A stretch of DNA of 64,000 nucleotides from Dehalococcoidia bacterium (GCA_963555985.3 OY820591.1:736001-800000); one strand, 5' to 3'; numbered from the stretch's first letter, positions 20,246 through 31,399 are shown. Program-made: numbers and translations. The notes: a model not told the origin generated them from the letters alone.

Positions 20246-20307
20246 GTCGCTCCGGTCAATGGCTACAGCCTAGCGACCACGCAACTGAGCAGAGATACAG
20301 GGCGCGC

Positions 20308-21660
20308 TCATGGTATGTCCGCATCAAAGTCCATCCCAATCTGACCCCGCTCCCGGAACTCCGCGATCTCCGACTCCGAATAGCCCAGCACCTCCCCATA
20401 CACGTACTCGTTGTCTTCACCCATCGCCACCGGAGCCTTCCGCATCTCCGTCGGCGTCGACTCAAACCGGAAGAACGGGGCATTGAACCGAAACGGGCCG
20501 ATCCCGTCATGCAGCGTCATCGACTGGTTCAGCCCCCGTGCCTGCACGTGCGGATCATCCAGCACTCGCGACGCCTCCAGCACCGGCGCCGCCGGTACGT
20601 CGTGCCCCTGGAGCAGATGCATCAGCGCATAGTCGTCTTGCCCCACCGTCCACTCCGCGATCCGCGCATCCAGCTCAGCCTCCCGCGAGCGCCGCCCAGC
20701 CTCAGTCTCCAGTTCCGCATCCTGCGCCCACTCCGGCTCCCCCATTGCCGCCCGCAGACCGCGCCACTGCGCGTTATCCAGCACCGAGATCGCAATCCAG
20801 CGATCGCCTCCATTCGTGCTGTCGCCACCAGTCTCCGAGCGTGCGGGATAGACTCCATGCGGCGCGTAACCTTCGATCGAGCGATTCCCCATCCGCTCCT
20901 GCACCACTCCGTTGAGCGAGTAGTCCATGAACGCCTGCGCCAGCATCCCTCCGGCGCATTCCGCCTGCGCCAACTCGATCCACTGCCCCTCGCCTGTCCG
21001 TCGGCGATGCCGCAGCGCCGCCATCACCGCAAACGCCGCGTGCGCTCCCGCCACATAATCGCCCGAAAAGATCGACGTGATGTACGACGGATCCAGATCC
21101 GGATAGCCGCGCAGCAAGGTATGCCCCATCACCGACTCCAGGTGCACCCCCAGCGCTCGCGCCTCCCGGTAGGGCCCGTCTGACCCGTAGGCCGGCATCC
21201 GCACTGCGATCAGGTCTGACCGCGACGCCCTCAGAAACTCCGGCCCGATCCCCAGCTTCTCCAGCGTCCCCGCCGCATTGTTCTCCACCAGCGCATCCGA
21301 ACGCGAGACCAGCCGCGCAAAGATCTCCCGCCCCTCCTCAGTCAGCAGGTCCACCGTCATCGAGTGCTTGTTCCGATACTGCTGCACGAAGGTGGGGCAA
21401 TAGTTCCAGGGCCGCGGACCCGGCTCCGAGTTCGGGTAGCCCGTCGCCCAACCCGCCCCTGCCTGGATCGCCGCAGCCGACGGCCGCGCCTGCCCGCCCC
21501 GAGTCATCGGCTGCCAGACGTGAATGTTCTCAACCTTAATCACCTCAGCGCCCAAGTCCGCCAGCAACGTCGTCGCAAACGTCCCCGCCCAGACCACGCA
21601 AAGGTCGATCACCCGAAACCCGTCAAGCGGCGCTGTCATGGCAGGATGTTCGTCGTTCAT
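20308..21660 (-). CDS. Family III CoA-transferase (CaiB/BaiF), Asp-containing subunit
   Basis: PLDGFRVIDL, LADLGAEVIKVE, RNKHS, SGDYVAG. Confidence 0.9.
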   Translation of the reverse strand: MNDEHPAMTAPLDGFRVIDLCVVWAGTFATTLLADLGAEVIKVENIHVWQPMTRGGQARPSAAAIQAGAGWATGYPNSEPGPRPWNYCPTFVQQYRNKHSMTVDLLTEEGREIFARLVSRSDALVENNAAGTLEKLGIGPEFLRASRSDLIAVRMPAYGSDGPYREARALGVHLESVMGHTLLRGYPDLDPSYITSIFSGDYVAGAHAAFAVMAALRHRRRTGEGQWIELAQAECAGGMLAQAFMDYSLNGVVQERMGNRSIEGYAPHGVYPARSETGGDSTNGGDRWIAISVLDNAQWRGLRAAMGEPEWAQDAELETEAGRRSREAELDARIAEWTVGQDDYALMHLLQGHDVPAAPVLEASRVLDDPHVQARGLNQSMTLHDGIGPFRFNAPFFRFESTPTEMRKAPVAMGEDNEYVYGEVLGYSESEIAEFRERGQIGMDFDADIP

Positions 21661-21710
21661 CTGCTCAATCCCCTCTGCCCAATGAAGACTTGCTCGCCAG
21701 TCCAGAATTC

Positions 21711-21767
21711 CGTCATACCCGCGCTTGCCGCCGAGCCTGTCCCCGCGAAGGCGGGGATCACTCGCCG
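21711..21767 (+). repeat. REP-like palindrome, family 1 (GTCATWCCCGCG...GCGGGGATC)
   Basis: Same unit recurs at 23205, 25731, 40255 (inverted), 57410, 59590, 60780. Confidence 0.8.
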
Positions 21768-21852
21768 AGTCGAACGCGGACTTCGAGACCGAAGCCCGGC
21801 AACTCTTCGATCAATCTCGATCGCCGCCGTCTCAGTCTGAGGCCGCCAGCGG

Positions 21853-23067
21853 CTAGCACACCACACCTCGCTGCTTCAGCTCCCCAATCTCCGACTCCCC
21901 AAACCCGCACTCCGACAACACTGCCTCCGTATCCTCCCCCAGCTTCGGCGCCGCGCGCCGCAGACGCCACGGCGACGCCGGCATCACAAACGGACGCCCC
22001 GGAATCTGCACCGACCCCAACTCCTCATGCTCCGACGTCGACCAGAATCCCCGATCGCTGAAATGGCCGTCCTCAAACAGCTCGTCCACGCTGAACAGCG
22101 GTCCGCAGAGCACCTTCGCTTCCCGCGCCTCTGCCCAGATCTCCCGTTTCGTCCGCTCCAATGCCCAGGGCAGGAAGTTCGCGTGGAACTCGTCCACCAA
22201 CTCCGCTTGCAAGCCCACCATCGGTCGCCACCACTTCACATCTTGCAACCACTCAGGCCGCCCCAGCATCTCGTTCAAACGCGGAATCCGAATCCCCGCC
22301 CCCGAAAACTCCACGTACCCGTCCGCGCAGGGATAGACCCCCGCCAGAATCCCCGCGCTCGGCCCAGGCGCGCGCAGCGACCTACGCCCCGCGAACTCCC
22401 AGCCCATCGTCGCCGCGTGCCGCCGATCTACCCCGTTGAACTGGGCATCGGCGAGGGCGAAGTCGACTCGCTGGCCTACGCCCTGCAACTCGGCGGCGAT
22501 CAGCGCCCCGATCGCGGCTGCGGCTGCGGTCGAACCGCACTCCACCAGCGCCGCCGTGCCGTACATCTTCACCGGCTCGCGATCCTGCACCCCAATTGAG
22601 TACATCTCCCCCGCAAAGCCGTAGAGCACGAGGTCGGAGACCTTGAAGTCTCGGTAGGGCGACTCCTGTCCGAAGGGGGCAATCGAGACCAGGGGCAAGT
22701 CGTCGCGCCGCGATTGGATGCGCTCCCAACCGAGCCCCAGCGAGTCCAATCGCCCAGGCGGCAACGCCTCAATCACAATCGAAGCCCGCTCCAGCAGACG
22801 ATCAAAGACCACAGCCGCGCCCTCATGCTCCAGGTCGAGCGCCAGCGAGCGCTTGTTCGTGTTGAAGTAGAAGAACGTCCCCGATCGCTCCAAACCCTCC
22901 ACACCCCCATACCAGGGCCCCACCCGCCGCAGCGAGTCCCCATCCGGCGGCTCAACCTTGATCACCTCAGCCCCAAAGTCAGCAAACAGCTTCGTGCAAT
23001 AAGCCCCAGCAACCCCCTCAGTGAGGTCAAGCACAACAGCCCCGTCAAGCGGTCCAAGCTCGGTCAT
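21853..23067 (-). CDS. Family III CoA-transferase, subunit lacking the catalytic Asp
   Basis: PLDGAVVLDL, FADFGAEVIKVEPPDGD, NTNKRS, YPCADG. Confidence 0.9.
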   Translation of the reverse strand: MTELGPLDGAVVLDLTEGVAGAYCTKLFADFGAEVIKVEPPDGDSLRRVGPWYGGVEGLERSGTFFYFNTNKRSLALDLEHEGAAVVFDRLLERASIVIEALPPGRLDSLGLGWERIQSRRDDLPLVSIAPFGQESPYRDFKVSDLVLYGFAGEMYSIGVQDREPVKMYGTAALVECGSTAAAAAIGALIAAELQGVGQRVDFALADAQFNGVDRRHAATMGWEFAGRRSLRAPGPSAGILAGVYPCADGYVEFSGAGIRIPRLNEMLGRPEWLQDVKWWRPMVGLQAELVDEFHANFLPWALERTKREIWAEAREAKVLCGPLFSVDELFEDGHFSDRGFWSTSEHEELGSVQIPGRPFVMPASPWRLRRAAPKLGEDTEAVLSECGFGESEIGELKQRGVVC

Positions 23068-23204
23068 GGTCAGCCAGTCTAAGGCGAAGCGCGCCTTCCT
23101 CTCCTCCACACCACAAAGAGAGCCACCCCTCCTCTCCAAACCTCCTCCCCCCTCTCCCCAGATCCCCCTTCCCACCTCCGGTCATACCCGCCCCAAACAA
23201 GTTC

Positions 23205-23343
23205 CGTCATACCCGCGCCCCGTCGCGGAGCCTGTCCCCGCGCAGGCGGGGATCACTCGCCGTGACCAGCACCCAACCCCCAAACCCCTTCCTCCCTCTC
23301 CCCCTTGAGGGGGAGATGTCACGAAGTGACAGAGGGGGTGAAA
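23205..23343 (+). repeat. REP family 1 plus family 2 (CCCTCTCCCCCTTGAGGGGGAGATGTCACGAAGTGACAGAGGGGG) hairpins
   Basis: 23294-23348 is identical (55 nt) to the reverse complement of 40066-40120. Confidence 0.85.
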
Positions 23344-23399
23344 ACGCCACAACCCTCAAGAACCCACATGCGCCTTCCGACAACCACGACACACTCCCA

Positions 23400-23470
23400 A
23401 ACTACCCACCCGAACACCCATCCATATAAGATCAAGTGTCCTTCATTGAGCGAGAGAGGAACCCGGACCC
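23400..23470 (+). promoter_or_regulatory. Putative promoter of cassette A with CGAAC half-site
   Basis: CGAACACCCATCCATATAAGATCA, conserved with 39981-40004; TAAGAT -10 at 23427-23432; SD gagagga. Confidence 0.55.
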
Positions 23471-23842
23471 ATGCCCTTCAACTACAGCTACCAGTCCGCC
23501 ATGGCCGGCGTCGGCGAGCTCGCCTTCTCCAAGCGCGAACCCGGCTACGTCCGCGCCCAAGCCTTCGCCATCCTGCGCCGCGAACTCTCCCCGGCCAACC
23601 CCAAGAGCCGCGAGATCCACCACGCGCTCGGCATCGCACCCCACCCCGAACCCGCGCCCCGGCCCAACCATTCCCCCCACCTGCCCGAAGCGCCGCTCAG
23701 TCCTGAGCAGCGGAAGGACTTCCACCTCAACCCGGACGAGTTCTTCGAGGCCTACGAAAAGATCGACGCCATCATGCGCGGCGAAGACGTCCCCCTGAGC
23801 GAGGAGGAAGAAAGCACGGAAGAAGAGGATGAACCACAGTAA
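23471..23842 (+). CDS. Hypothetical acidic-tailed protein, candidate small-terminase-like (cassette A)
   Basis: SD + ATG, C-ending codons, EEEE tail; overlaps terL-like start; weakly similar to 39613-39948. Confidence 0.55.
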   Translation: MPFNYSYQSAMAGVGELAFSKREPGYVRAQAFAILRRELSPANPKSREIHHALGIAPHPEPAPRPNHSPHLPEAPLSPEQRKDFHLNPDEFFEAYEKIDAIMRGEDVPLSEEEESTEEEDEPQ

Positions 23843-24092
23843 TACCCACGCCCCGGAGCGGCTGAACTTAGCGTTCAGCTCCTCCCACGACGCCCGCCGT
23901 TTTTTTCCCACGGACAGACAGCGCGATCTCTATAGCGCAGTCGCTGCCGTGCCCAATCCCGGCCTCGCCTTGGTCGGGTACGGCGGCGCCATGGGCGGCG
24001 GCAAGACCCGCGCCCTGGCCGAACTCGCCCAAGCCCGTGCTCACCTCCCTCACAGTCCCCCTCCCCCCTCTGCGGGGGGAGATGTCACGTAG
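23829..24092 (+). pseudogene. N-terminal stub of phage terminase large subunit-like ATPase
   Basis: FFPTDRQ...LVGYGGAMGGGKTRALAELA resembles the TerL P..Q...YGGAxGGGKT start; frame then runs into a REP hairpin. Confidence 0.65.
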
Positions 24093-24130
24093 AGTCTGCC
24101 CCCGCGAAGGCGGGGGGACAGAGGGGAGCG
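24056..24130 (+). repeat. Composite REP (family 2 shell with family 1 hairpin) closing cassette A
   Basis: cccctctgcgggggagatgtcac...ccccgcgaaggcgggg...acagagggg. Confidence 0.7.
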
Positions 24131-24175
24131 CAACCGGCACAAACGCTCCAACCAGCACAGCCACCCCACAACACT

Positions 24176-25006
24176 TCAAACCCCCAACCCCCGAGCAACC
24201 AACACCCCCAACCCCGCAACCCCGCAATACAACGCAAACGGAACCAAACTCCGACCCCGAACCAACCACAACAACCCCCGAATCGCAATCAGACCGGTGA
24301 GAAACGAGATCACCGCCGCCAGCGCCAACGTCGGCTCATCCACGCCCGCCGACTCCGTCGCCACCGCCCGCACCGCCAACACTCCCGCTCCCGCCAGCGC
24401 CGGAATCGACAACCAGAACGCCCATCGAGTCGACGCCGAACGCCCAAACCCCAGCGACATCCCTGCCGCCATGCACACCCCACTCCGAGAAATCCCAGGC
24501 AAAATCGCCAAACACTGCGCCACTCCGATCGCAAGCGCGTCCAAACCCCTCATCGAGCCCAACTCGCGCGGTCGCCGCAACCGGCGCAGCAACACCTCCG
24601 ATCCCCCGATCAGCGCCGCCGTCGCCAGCAGCAACGCCCCCGCCGTCGTCGGCCCGCGCAACTCGTCCTCAAGCGCCTCATACAGCAGCGCGCCCACGAC
24701 CACGATCGGCATCGTCCCAATCAGCCCCAGCCAAATCAGCCGTCGCGGCCGCAGCCCGTCAACTCGCTCGCCCTCTGGCGAACGCAGCCCGCGCAGCACC
24801 CCCGCGACCTCCCGCCGAAACGCGAACAGAATCGCCGCCAGCGTGCCCAGATGCACCGCGACATCGAAATCCAGCCCCGGATCGTCCCAGCCGAACAGCC
24901 AGCGCGCCAGCGAGAGATGGCCGCTGGACGAGATCGGCAGAAACTCCGTCAACCCCTGCACCACGGCCAGCACGATCACTTCAAGCAGGTTCGATTCAGC
25001 CGACAC
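24176..25006 (-). CDS. uppP: Undecaprenyl-diphosphate phosphatase
   Basis: VQGLTEFLPISSSGH, HLGT, PGISRSG. Confidence 0.93.
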   Translation of the reverse strand: MSAESNLLEVIVLAVVQGLTEFLPISSSGHLSLARWLFGWDDPGLDFDVAVHLGTLAAILFAFRREVAGVLRGLRSPEGERVDGLRPRRLIWLGLIGTMPIVVVGALLYEALEDELRGPTTAGALLLATAALIGGSEVLLRRLRRPRELGSMRGLDALAIGVAQCLAILPGISRSGVCMAAGMSLGFGRSASTRWAFWLSIPALAGAGVLAVRAVATESAGVDEPTLALAAVISFLTGLIAIRGLLWLVRGRSLVPFALYCGVAGLGVLVARGLGV

Positions 25007-25057
25007 CTAGACTCCACCTAGCCCGCCAACGCCACTCTACGACCAGGAGCCGCCCCA

Positions 25058-25723
25058 ATGGACATCACCGAAGTCATTCGCACCACCTTCGCCTGCCGCG
25101 ACTTCACCGACGATCCCGTCTCCGATGAGACGATTGCCAAAATCCTCGAACACGCCCGCTTCGCCCCCTCCGGCGGCAACCGCCAGGGCTGGCACGTGAT
25201 CGTCGTCCGCGATCCCGAAATCCGCGCCCAGATCGCCGACTGCGCCCAGCGCCCCGCCCGCCGCTACGTCGCCATGCAGCAAGCCGGCGAGGGCCCCTGG
25301 AACGCCGCCTTCCCCTCCTCCGTCACCGACGAGTCCGCCGCCGACGTCCGCGTCCCCAGCCGCCTTTACACCACCTACACCGACGCCCCCGTCCTCCTCG
25401 CCGTCGTCGTCGACCTCGGCGTTGTCGCCTCCGTCGACAAGGAACTCGATCGCGTCGGCGTCATCTCCGGCGCCTCCATCTACCCCTTTGTCTGGAGCAT
25501 CCTCCTCATGGCCCGCAACGAAGGCCTCGGCGGCGTCCTCACCACCATCCCGATCGCCGAAGAGCCACGCCTCAAAGAGCTCTTGGGCCTACCCGACCAC
25601 TACGCCGTCGCCGCCTTCCTCCCGATCGGCAAACCCGTCCAGCAACTCACCCGCCTCAAGCGAGGCCCCATCGAACACTTCACCACCATCGACCGCTTTG
25701 ACGGAGAGGCCTTCAATGGCTAA
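25058..25723 (+). CDS. Nitroreductase-family protein
   Basis: RDFTDDPV, ARFAPSGGNRQGW, ARNEGLG, IGKP. Confidence 0.9.
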   Translation: MDITEVIRTTFACRDFTDDPVSDETIAKILEHARFAPSGGNRQGWHVIVVRDPEIRAQIADCAQRPARRYVAMQQAGEGPWNAAFPSSVTDESAADVRVPSRLYTTYTDAPVLLAVVVDLGVVASVDKELDRVGVISGASIYPFVWSILLMARNEGLGGVLTTIPIAEEPRLKELLGLPDHYAVAAFLPIGKPVQQLTRLKRGPIEHFTTIDRFDGEAFNG

Positions 25724-25730
25724 AAACTTC

Positions 25731-25768
25731 CGTCATTCCCGCGCTCCGCCGCGGGAATCTCGCCGTGA
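25731..25768 (+). repeat. REP family 1 copy
   Basis: cgtcattcccgcg-ctccgc-cgcgggaatctcgccgtga. Confidence 0.75.
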
Positions 25769-25864
25769 ACAGCACCGTCGTTTCATCCTCAGGACATCCT
25801 GTCCCGAATCGCTCGGCGCAGGCGCAACTACCGCCAACTGCTTCGGCGGCGATGCCTTCAGGAG

Positions 25865-26152
25865 CTAAGAGCCGCCAGCGGCCTCGGTCGGCGACGGCCG
25901 GTTCGCCACAGTCAACACATCGGCGATCCGGTCCATGGCTGCATGCTTGATGAAGTCAAGGGAGTCTTCGTTGGTCACACGGCAAGCGGCCAACAGGAGC
26001 TTCAGCTCGGCAGGACTGAAGTCGACACAAGGGCTGCCCCAGACCTCGGCAGTTGGGCCAAACGGAGACTCAAGCTCTACGGCCGTGTCCCAGTCCGTGT
26101 CCGCTAATTCGTCCAGCTCTGTGTCGATCGGCGGGTCTAGTTCGTTGCTCAT
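25865..26152 (-). CDS. Putative antitoxin (BrnA/CopG-like)
   Basis: Small acidic ORF right after a BrnT-like gene; C-terminal RHH-like segment. Confidence 0.5.
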   Translation of the reverse strand: MSNELDPPIDTELDELADTDWDTAVELESPFGPTAEVWGSPCVDFSPAELKLLLAACRVTNEDSLDFIKHAAMDRIADVLTVANRPSPTEAAGGS

Positions 26153-26155
26153 CGC

Positions 26156-26482
26156 CTAATGTCTCCGTCGCCGTTGCCGGTACTCTGCGCGCTCCCGTTT
26201 GCCCGCCAAGCGACCAGTGACTACGTGTGACCGACCGTCATCGTCAGGATAGTCAATCACGATGACCAGCAGTCGATCGCCGCGATCGGTTCCGATCAGT
26301 CGTTGCCGATCGGGTCGCCTGCGAGTGGAACCGTCTTCCTGTTCTTCGACCTTCCCGTCCTGGTGGATCAAGATCGGCCAATCATGAGCTACATCGAGCA
26401 CATCGTCGATTGTGAGTCCGTGGAACCACAATTTGTCACGCGTGACGTCGTTCCACGTCAATCTTGGGACTCGCTCCGTCAT
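26156..26482 (-). CDS. BrnT-like ribonuclease toxin
   Basis: W.....K...HGL...[28 protein letters not shown]; start overlaps ispG stop. Confidence 0.7.
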   Translation of the reverse strand: MTERVPRLTWNDVTRDKLWFHGLTIDDVLDVAHDWPILIHQDGKVEEQEDGSTRRRPDRQRLIGTDRGDRLLVIVIDYPDDDGRSHVVTGRLAGKRERAEYRQRRRRH

Positions 26483-27642
26483 CTCTCGCCCTGCGCCGCG
26501 ATGATCGCGTCCAACTCCGACTTCAGCCGCCCCAGAATCTCGTCGTAGGGATAGTGCCCCAACGACTCTTCCCCGCGTTTCAGGTTGACCGCCAGCGGCC
26601 CGCACCAGAGACCCAAATCCGCATCGTCCGTCTCGCCCGGACCGTTCACCCGGCAACCCATCACCGCAATCGTGATGTCGTACTCCGAGGCGTACGCTGT
26701 CATCGCCTTCACGTCCTGCGCCAGATCGACGAACTTCTCGTTCTCGACCCGCGAGCAGGAGGGACAACTAATGATGTTCAGACCCTCGTCGAAACGCGGC
26801 GGCACCGAGCGGAAGCGTCCCGCCGCAATGTCCGCCAGAATCTCCCGAGCAACCGTGATCTCCTGCCCCTTGTCGTCAAACGGCACCGTCAGCGAGACCC
26901 GAACCGTATCCCCGATCCCTTGCGAGACCAGTTGCTCGAACGCGACCCGAGTCTTGATCACGCCCTCCGGCGGCATCCCCGCCTCAGTCACGCCAAGGTG
27001 CAACGGCACATCCGGACGCTCCGCTGCAAAGCGCTGGTTGACCTCAACGACCTGCTTCCAGTCGGAGTCCTTGAGCGAAACGACGTAACGCCCAAAGCCC
27101 AAATCGTCCAGCAAGTCACAGTGCTCGCTCGCCGAAGCCACAATCGCCGACACGTGATCATGCGGATATCGCTCCAACATGCGCGGATCAATCGAGCCGC
27201 AGTTCACTCCAACCCGGATCGCGCAATCGTGCTTCGCCGCCGTCTCCGCGATGAACGCCACCTTCTCAGGCACGGACTTCTGCTTCTCGTGATGATGCAG
27301 GTGGCCGGGGTTATAGCGAATCTTGTCCACATGCGGCGCGACCTGCGTGCAGAGCCGGTAGTTCTCTTGGAGATCGACCGAGAGCGGCGCGGAAGTCTGC
27401 TCCCGCACCTGCGCCAGCGCCTCCACATCCTTGCGCGAGTCCACCGCCACCCGCACCAGATCCGCGCCCGCCGCCTCCAGCAGTCGCACTTGACGCACCG
27501 TCGCCTCGACATCCTGGGTGCGCGTCGCAGCCATCGACTGCACGAGGATCGGATTGGCTCCCCCAATCGCAGTCTTGCCCACGCGCACCTCGCGCGTTGG
27601 GTTGCGGCGCAATTGTCCGGTGAGTTCAAGCGGCTCTGCCAT
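26479..27642 (-). CDS. ispG: (E)-4-hydroxy-3-methylbut-2-enyl-diphosphate synthase
   Basis: [50 protein letters not shown]. Confidence 0.95.
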   Translation of the reverse strand: MAEPLELTGQLRRNPTREVRVGKTAIGGANPILVQSMAATRTQDVEATVRQVRLLEAAGADLVRVAVDSRKDVEALAQVREQTSAPLSVDLQENYRLCTQVAPHVDKIRYNPGHLHHHEKQKSVPEKVAFIAETAAKHDCAIRVGVNCGSIDPRMLERYPHDHVSAIVASASEHCDLLDDLGFGRYVVSLKDSDWKQVVEVNQRFAAERPDVPLHLGVTEAGMPPEGVIKTRVAFEQLVSQGIGDTVRVSLTVPFDDKGQEITVAREILADIAAGRFRSVPPRFDEGLNIISCPSCSRVENEKFVDLAQDVKAMTAYASEYDITIAVMGCRVNGPGETDDADLGLWCGPLAVNLKRGEESLGHYPYDEILGRLKSELDAIIAAQGER

Positions 27643-27679
27643 CTGCGACCTCCGATTACCCGCATCGTACCGTTGCACT

Positions 27680-27985
27680 GTGCTCTTCAACGTGATCTTC
27701 TTGATCCTCTTCGTAGCCGCCTGGAGCGTGGTCGGGATGCTGGTCTGGATCGCATTGAGTCTCCGCCGGCGTGCCGTCGGCGCGCTCTGGGCAGCGCCGT
27801 TCGCAATCCTCGGCGCGGTCGGAGCCGGAGCCTTGACCGGAGTGATCGGCGTGGACGTGGGCTGGAGTTTCCTCGCCGCCGCATTGGGGTCGGGTGCGCT
27901 CTGCTCCCTAGCATTCCGCACATGGGACGCATGGAAATTAGGCGATCGCTTCGCATCCTGGTCCCGGCGCGATCGCTCGCGCTGA
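27680..27985 (+). CDS. Small hypothetical membrane protein
   Basis: Three hydrophobic helices, upstream of proS; start approximate. Confidence 0.55.
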   Translation: MLFNVIFLILFVAAWSVVGMLVWIALSLRRRAVGALWAAPFAILGAVGAGALTGVIGVDVGWSFLAAALGSGALCSLAFRTWDAWKLGDRFASWSRRDRSR

Positions 27986-28024
27986 TATCGTCGGCTGAGC
28001 GCGTGATCCGTTGATCCTGGAGTG

Positions 28025-29737
<1,713 letters not shown>

Positions 29738-29950
29738 GCACCTGCATTCACCTGCATTCGGCGTGCCCTGAGCGACACTCGCATCGCCCCCGGCTCCGAT
29801 CCGCGTGTATAGTTTCTCAGTGAAGGGCGGGCGTTGGGTCGGTTCGGTCGCTGGTGACTGGCGTAGCTCTGGTCGGCATCCGAGCCGCACTCGCTCGCCG
29901 ATGCGCGCGAATCGCCGCCGATCCGGTGGCGCGGCGATAATAGGCTGAAC

Positions 29951-31399
29951 ATGAAACCTGATTTTCTGCTGGCAGTGAAGCAGCTCACCGCTGAGAAGGG
30001 CCTTGACGAACAGGTCGTGTTCTCCGCGATCGAGCGCGGCATGGCCGCGGCCGTCAAGCGCCGCTATGAACTGCCCGGCAACGTCCTGGTCAACATCGAT
30101 CGCTACGACGGCAACCTGGCCGTCTGGTCGGAAATGGAAGTCGTCGAAATCGAGGAGGACATCGCCGACGAAGACCTCCAGATCGAGCTCGATCGAGCCC
30201 GCCTGGTCGATACCGCCGTCCAGATCGGTTCGACCCTGCGCCAGCGCCATGAGATCAGCGATGTCGGCGGCCGGATCGAAGCCCAGACCGCGAAGCAGGT
30301 CGTTTTGCAGGCCCTCCGTGAGGCCGAACGCGAAGCCGTCTTCGCCGAGTATTCGGGTCAGGAAGGCGAACTGGTTTCCGGCCAGGTACAGCGGGTGGAA
30401 CCGCATCAGGTCATCGTCGACTTGGGCGGCGCGACCGAGGCAGTGCTGCCCGCGCAGGAACAGGTACGGATGGAGCGCTACCGCTCGGCTCAGCGCGTCA
30501 AGGCGATCATGGTCGAGGTCTTGAGAGCCAACAAGGGGCCGCAGATCGTGATCTCACGCTCACGCCCGGACTTCGTCCGGCGTCTGTTTGAAGTTGAAGT
30601 GCCCGAGATCGCGCGCGGATCAGTCGAGATCCGCGGAATCGCGCGCGAGCCGGGACATCGCACGAAGATCGCCGTCTGGTCGCGTCAGGAAGGTCTGGAC
30701 CCAGTCGGCGCCTGCATCGGCATGAGAGCGATGCGGATCCAGAACATCGTTAATGAGATGCACGGTGAGCGGATCGACGTGATCGAATGGGATCGCGACC
30801 CGCGCCGCTTCGTCGAACATGCCCTCAGCCCGGCTCAGATTCTGGCTGTCCGCATCGACCCCGAAACGAAGACGGCCGAATGCGCCGTACCGGATCTGCA
30901 ACTCAGCTTGGCGATCGGGCGCGAAGGCCAGAATGCTCGCCTCGCCGCTCGCTTGACCGGCTACCGGATTGATCTGAAGCCGCAGACCGTCGCTGAGCGA
31001 ATGCAGACAGAGGACCGCGGGCCGTTCGCGCTGCAACCGGAACTGGAACTCGAACCGGAGCCGCTGCCGGAGCCCGAACCCGTATCTGCGCCGCTCGCTG
31101 TGGACGAACCCCCGCTCACCGTCGCCGCACAGGTGGCGCAGGCGATCTCCGAACCGGCCGAACCGGCCGCCGCACAGGTGGAAGAGGAAGAACTGGAACC
31201 CGAACCGGCACTGCAAGCGATGGAAATCTCGCAGCCGCTGCGTGAAGGCCAGATTCGCTTCGGCGAAGATGTGCTCCGCCGCGAACCCGAGGAACCGCGC
31301 GACCGCCGCCGGCGACGGCGACCGCGCTACGTCGAAACAGACGAAGGTCTGGACGACGACCCCTACGCCGAGTACTCCGAATTTGAGGACGACTTCTAG
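29951..31399 (+). CDS. nusA: Transcription factor NusA
   Basis: GRIEAQTAKQV, S1, AREPGHRTKIAV, SLAIGREGQNARLAARLTG. Confidence 0.96.
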   Translation: MKPDFLLAVKQLTAEKGLDEQVVFSAIERGMAAAVKRRYELPGNVLVNIDRYDGNLAVWSEMEVVEIEEDIADEDLQIELDRARLVDTAVQIGSTLRQRHEISDVGGRIEAQTAKQVVLQALREAEREAVFAEYSGQEGELVSGQVQRVEPHQVIVDLGGATEAVLPAQEQVRMERYRSAQRVKAIMVEVLRANKGPQIVISRSRPDFVRRLFEVEVPEIARGSVEIRGIAREPGHRTKIAVWSRQEGLDPVGACIGMRAMRIQNIVNEMHGERIDVIEWDRDPRRFVEHALSPAQILAVRIDPETKTAECAVPDLQLSLAIGREGQNARLAARLTGYRIDLKPQTVAERMQTEDRGPFALQPELELEPEPLPEPEPVSAPLAVDEPPLTVAAQVAQAISEPAEPAAAQVEEEELEPEPALQAMEISQPLREGQIRFGEDVLRREPEEPRDRRRRRRPRYVETDEGLDDDPYAEYSEFEDDF

